DNA of 48,453 nt from Deltaproteobacteria bacterium UBA2221 (GTDB lineage Bacteria > Desulfobacterota > Syntrophorhabdia > Syntrophorhabdales > WCHB1-27), in assembly GCA_002328485.1 (NCBI GenBank), contig DCUF01000009.1, positions 1 through 48,453 of the forward strand, written 5' to 3'. Of the stretch, positions 45,662 to 48,453 are shown one piece after another (position 1 is the stretch's first letter; each line of letters opens with the position of its first letter). The translations under genes were made by a program, and so were the position numbers. Below the pieces are notes generated by a model. It saw nothing but the letters and a program-made list of their open reading frames with translations, was not told the DNA's origin and searched no databases.

Positions 45662-48250
45662 GTGAAATTCACATCCTTCTATCCAAAGAAATTCAGCTCC
45701 CGTTTATTCATAATGACTTGCGTCGCCGGGCTCATCCCGGTCATGATATTTCTCGTCATCCTGAAACTCTACGGAGGACAGTTCAGGGTCCAGATCACCG
45801 ATACCATAAAGCAAGGTTACAAAGAGGAGTGGCGACACAGCGAGTTGGTGCTTCGCGAACAGCTTGAGTCATCCATTCGGCAGAAATCTTCAGACGTAGC
45901 CCTCCAGCTCGATCTTGTTCTGCAGACCGTCCCCTGGATGACACTCCACGATCTTTACAGGGATCCCCATTTCAGAACGATTGCGGTACAACCCGTTGGT
46001 CAAACGGGCTACACCTTCCTCTTTACGGCAAATGGCGGGGTCGCACGTTTTCATCCAAACCGCAAGGTCGAAAACCGTTCCCTCCGCCGATTCGCCAAAG
46101 ACCTGCCGGCATTCTGGTCGGTGGTTCGCGCCAGCCTGTCAGGAAGGCAACAGACAGCGGGGTACTATGAATGGCGTGAGACCAGCGGGGACCTTCGACA
46201 CAAGTACATGGTTATTACAAGGCTCCGTCAGCCCACATCAGACGGCGTCTATCTGAGCGTTGCAGCAACCGCCTATCTCGATGAGTTTACGGTCCCTCTG
46301 CAGAAGGCCCAAGGGCTTCATGCCAGTACCTTGGAATATCTCACCCTCACCATCAATAGACTCATGGAATCCTTTAGGGTGGTCGGATTTCTGTTCATGG
46401 GCTTGGGCATACTGGCCATCTCACTCCTCGCCGGTGCCGTAGGCACCTACTTCTCGCGATCGATTGTCCAATTACGCGAAGCGACCAGACGGGTCAATGA
46501 GGGTGATTTCAGTGTCAGGGTCGAACCCTCCATGTCAGGCGAGGTTGGCACCCTCACAGAGGATTTCAACCAGATGGTGGCCCAACTGTCGGCAACAACC
46601 GTTTCAAAGCAGGTTCTTGAAAAAAGCGAGGAAAACCTTAAGGAAGCCAACCAGGAACTCCTGCGGGAGGTGAATGTAAGAAGGCGGGCCGAGGAGGCGC
46701 TGGCTGGGGAAAAGGAGCGGCTGGCAGTCACATTAAGCTCCATCGGGGAGGGCGTCATATCAGCCGACAGTGAGGGCATCATTGTCCTCATGAACCCAGC
46801 CGCGGAGCGGCTGACCGGCTGGAGGGCCCCTGAGGCTGTAGGCCAAAATATCTCGAAGGTCTTTACGACCATTGAAGAGGCAACCAGAAAGCGATGCACC
46901 GACCCGGTGGAGACGATCATCAAGGCCGGCAGCACCGTCGACTCGGTCGATCAAAAGATCCTTGTCACCAGACAGGGGGGTGAGCGTATCGTGGCAGACA
47001 GCACCGCCCCGATCTATGAAAATGACGGAACACTCCTTGGGGTTGTTATTGCCTTCAGGGATATGACGGAAAACAGGAAGTTGGAGGAAGAGCTGTTGAA
47101 GGTCAAGAAGCTTGAATCCATAGGGCTCCTTGCCGGCGGAATCGCTCATGACTTCAACAACCTCCTGGCAGTCATATTGGGTAATATTTCCTTCGGAAAG
47201 ATGCTCCTCGGAAACCAGGAACGGATCGTGGAGCGGCTGACCGAGGCAGAGAAGGCCTGCCAAAGGGCCAAGGAGCTGACCGGACAGCTTCTAACATTTT
47301 CAAAAGGGGGAGAGCCTGTGAGGAGAGTCATGCTGCTACCTGAGTTGATCACCGAGACTGTCTCCTTATCATTGAACGGGGCGAAGGTGAGGCCTTTTTA
47401 CGAAATAGCAGACAATCTCAGCCCCGTCGAGATTGATGAGGCCCAGATCCGTCAGGTCATCCACAATCTGGTAACGAATGCTCAGGAGGCAATGTGCTCG
47501 GGGGGAGAGTTGAAGATCAGGGCGGCGAATATCAATGCCGGTTCGGCCATCGGGCTTCCCCTGAAGGATGGACCATATGTCCGGATAACTGTTGAGGACG
47601 AGGGTAGAGGCATCCCCGAGGAAGACCTCCAGAAGCTGTTCGACCCCTACTTCACCACAAAAGAGATGGGAAGCCAAAAAGGGATGGGCCTTGGGCTCAC
47701 GATCTGCTACTCTATCATCAAGAACCACAAAGGGTTTATGACCGTTGCATCGAAGGTCGGTCAAGGAACCATATTCGACGTGTACCTGCCGGCATTCCAG
47801 GGCATGCTCCTTGAAAAAGGACCGGCAGGAGAGGGTGTTGTCTTGGGAAAAGGGAAGATCCTCTACATGGATGACGAGGACTCCGTCCGCGACATCGCCG
47901 GGGAGATACTGAGCTTCATTGGGTACACGGTCCAATTTGCCCGGGACGGCGAAGAAGCTGTGGCACTATACCGGCGGGCTTTGGAAGCAAGCGAACCGTT
48001 TTCGGCTGTCATCATGGACCTGACCGTGCCGGGAGGCATGGGCGGCAAAGAGGCTGTCAAAAAAATAGCAGAGATCGATCCCCAGGTGAAGGCAATCGTC
48101 ACCAGCGGGTATTCGAACGATCCGATCATTCATGAGTACTCTGATCACGGATTTGTCGGCGCCATTCTCAAGCCTTACAACGTCACTGAACTGGGAAGGG
48201 TTGTCGCACAGATCGTCGAAAGCAAGCCGGGGGCCGAAAAGAACACCTGA
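45662..48250 (+). CDS. hybrid sensor histidine kinase (TM-Cache-TM-HAMP-PAS-HisKA-HATPase-REC)
   Basis: VGQTGYTF Cache-like segment, HAMP EVGTLTEDFNQM, PAS MNPAAERLTGW, H-box AHDFNNLL, N-box NLVTNA, DEGRGI, FTTK, GLGL, receiver MDDE...MDLTVPG. Confidence 0.92.
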   Translation: MKFTSFYPKKFSSRLFIMTCVAGLIPVMIFLVILKLYGGQFRVQITDTIKQGYKEEWRHSELVLREQLESSIRQKSSDVALQLDLVLQTVPWMTLHDLYRDPHFRTIAVQPVGQTGYTFLFTANGGVARFHPNRKVENRSLRRFAKDLPAFWSVVRASLSGRQQTAGYYEWRETSGDLRHKYMVITRLRQPTSDGVYLSVAATAYLDEFTVPLQKAQGLHASTLEYLTLTINRLMESFRVVGFLFMGLGILAISLLAGAVGTYFSRSIVQLREATRRVNEGDFSVRVEPSMSGEVGTLTEDFNQMVAQLSATTVSKQVLEKSEENLKEANQELLREVNVRRRAEEALAGEKERLAVTLSSIGEGVISADSEGIIVLMNPAAERLTGWRAPEAVGQNISKVFTTIEEATRKRCTDPVETIIKAGSTVDSVDQKILVTRQGGERIVADSTAPIYENDGTLLGVVIAFRDMTENRKLEEELLKVKKLESIGLLAGGIAHDFNNLLAVILGNISFGKMLLGNQERIVERLTEAEKACQRAKELTGQLLTFSKGGEPVRRVMLLPELITETVSLSLNGAKVRPFYEIADNLSPVEIDEAQIRQVIHNLVTNAQEAMCSGGELKIRAANINAGSAIGLPLKDGPYVRITVEDEGRGIPEEDLQKLFDPYFTTKEMGSQKGMGLGLTICYSIIKNHKGFMTVASKVGQGTIFDVYLPAFQGMLLEKGPAGEGVVLGKGKILYMDDEDSVRDIAGEILSFIGYTVQFARDGEEAVALYRRALEASEPFSAVIMDLTVPGGMGGKEAVKKIAEIDPQVKAIVTSGYSNDPIIHEYSDHGFVGAILKPYNVTELGRVVAQIVESKPGAEKNT

Positions 48251-48362
48251 TCATCTCCGTCCTGTGGCGTGCCGACGAGATGGTTGACCTCCTCTGGACC
48301 AGCAGAGACAGGGCTCATGGCCCTTGAGTAGTCCTGCACGAGTATGGTAGGATAGTGCTTTC

Positions 48363-48453
48363 GGAGAGATGTCCGAGCGGCTGAAGGAGCACGACTGGAA
48401 ATCGTGTGTGCGGGCTACAACCGGCACCGAGGGTTCAAATCCCTCTCTCTCCG
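48363..48453 (+). tRNA. tRNA-Ser(GGA)
   Basis: Acceptor GGAGAGA/TCTCTCC with discriminator G, anticodon arm CACGA-CTGGAAA-TCGTG, long variable arm, T-arm GAGGG-TTCAAAT-CCCTC. Window ends at the discriminator base. Confidence 0.96.

Noticed and set aside
1-48453. Prophage, IS, integron, CRISPR-Cas or defence system
   Set aside because: No integrase, transposase, cas, phage structural or recognisable defence genes were found, and no repeat-spacer array.

Overview
This is a gene-dense, fairly GC-rich bacterial chromosome segment with no phage, IS or CRISPR signal. Gene content and style suggest an anaerobic Desulfobacterota/deltaproteobacterium, possibly Syntrophorhabdus-like (inference only). 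From left to right it holds: peptidoglycan-recycling genes (nagA, DUF1460 amidase, ampG); a HAD phosphatase, cupin and enoyl-CoA hydratase; type-2 IPP isomerase with a flavoprotein; Usp; an RpoH-type sigma factor; hydrogenase maturation hypAFCDE with no hypB; DUF1015, a tRNA methyltransferase and a polyprenyl synthase; zur-znuACB with a Zur box; rsmI, slt and pgsA; a doubly frameshifted YdcF-like gene; a KamA-type radical SAM gene, pal and pfkB; lemA-TPM-TPM; hisS and serA; a livKHMGF ABC transporter; a hybrid histidine kinase; and tRNA-Ser(GGA). The highlight is a minus-strand cluster tdh-kbl-grdE-grdB-grdC-grdA. It contains two selenoproteins that the ORF track breaks at in-frame TGA codons (GrdB U347, GrdA U42). 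It would give a redox-balanced threonine -> glycine -> acetyl-unit route, but grdD and the thioredoxin genes are missing from the locus. The livK leader also carries an unrecognised riboswitch-like structure.
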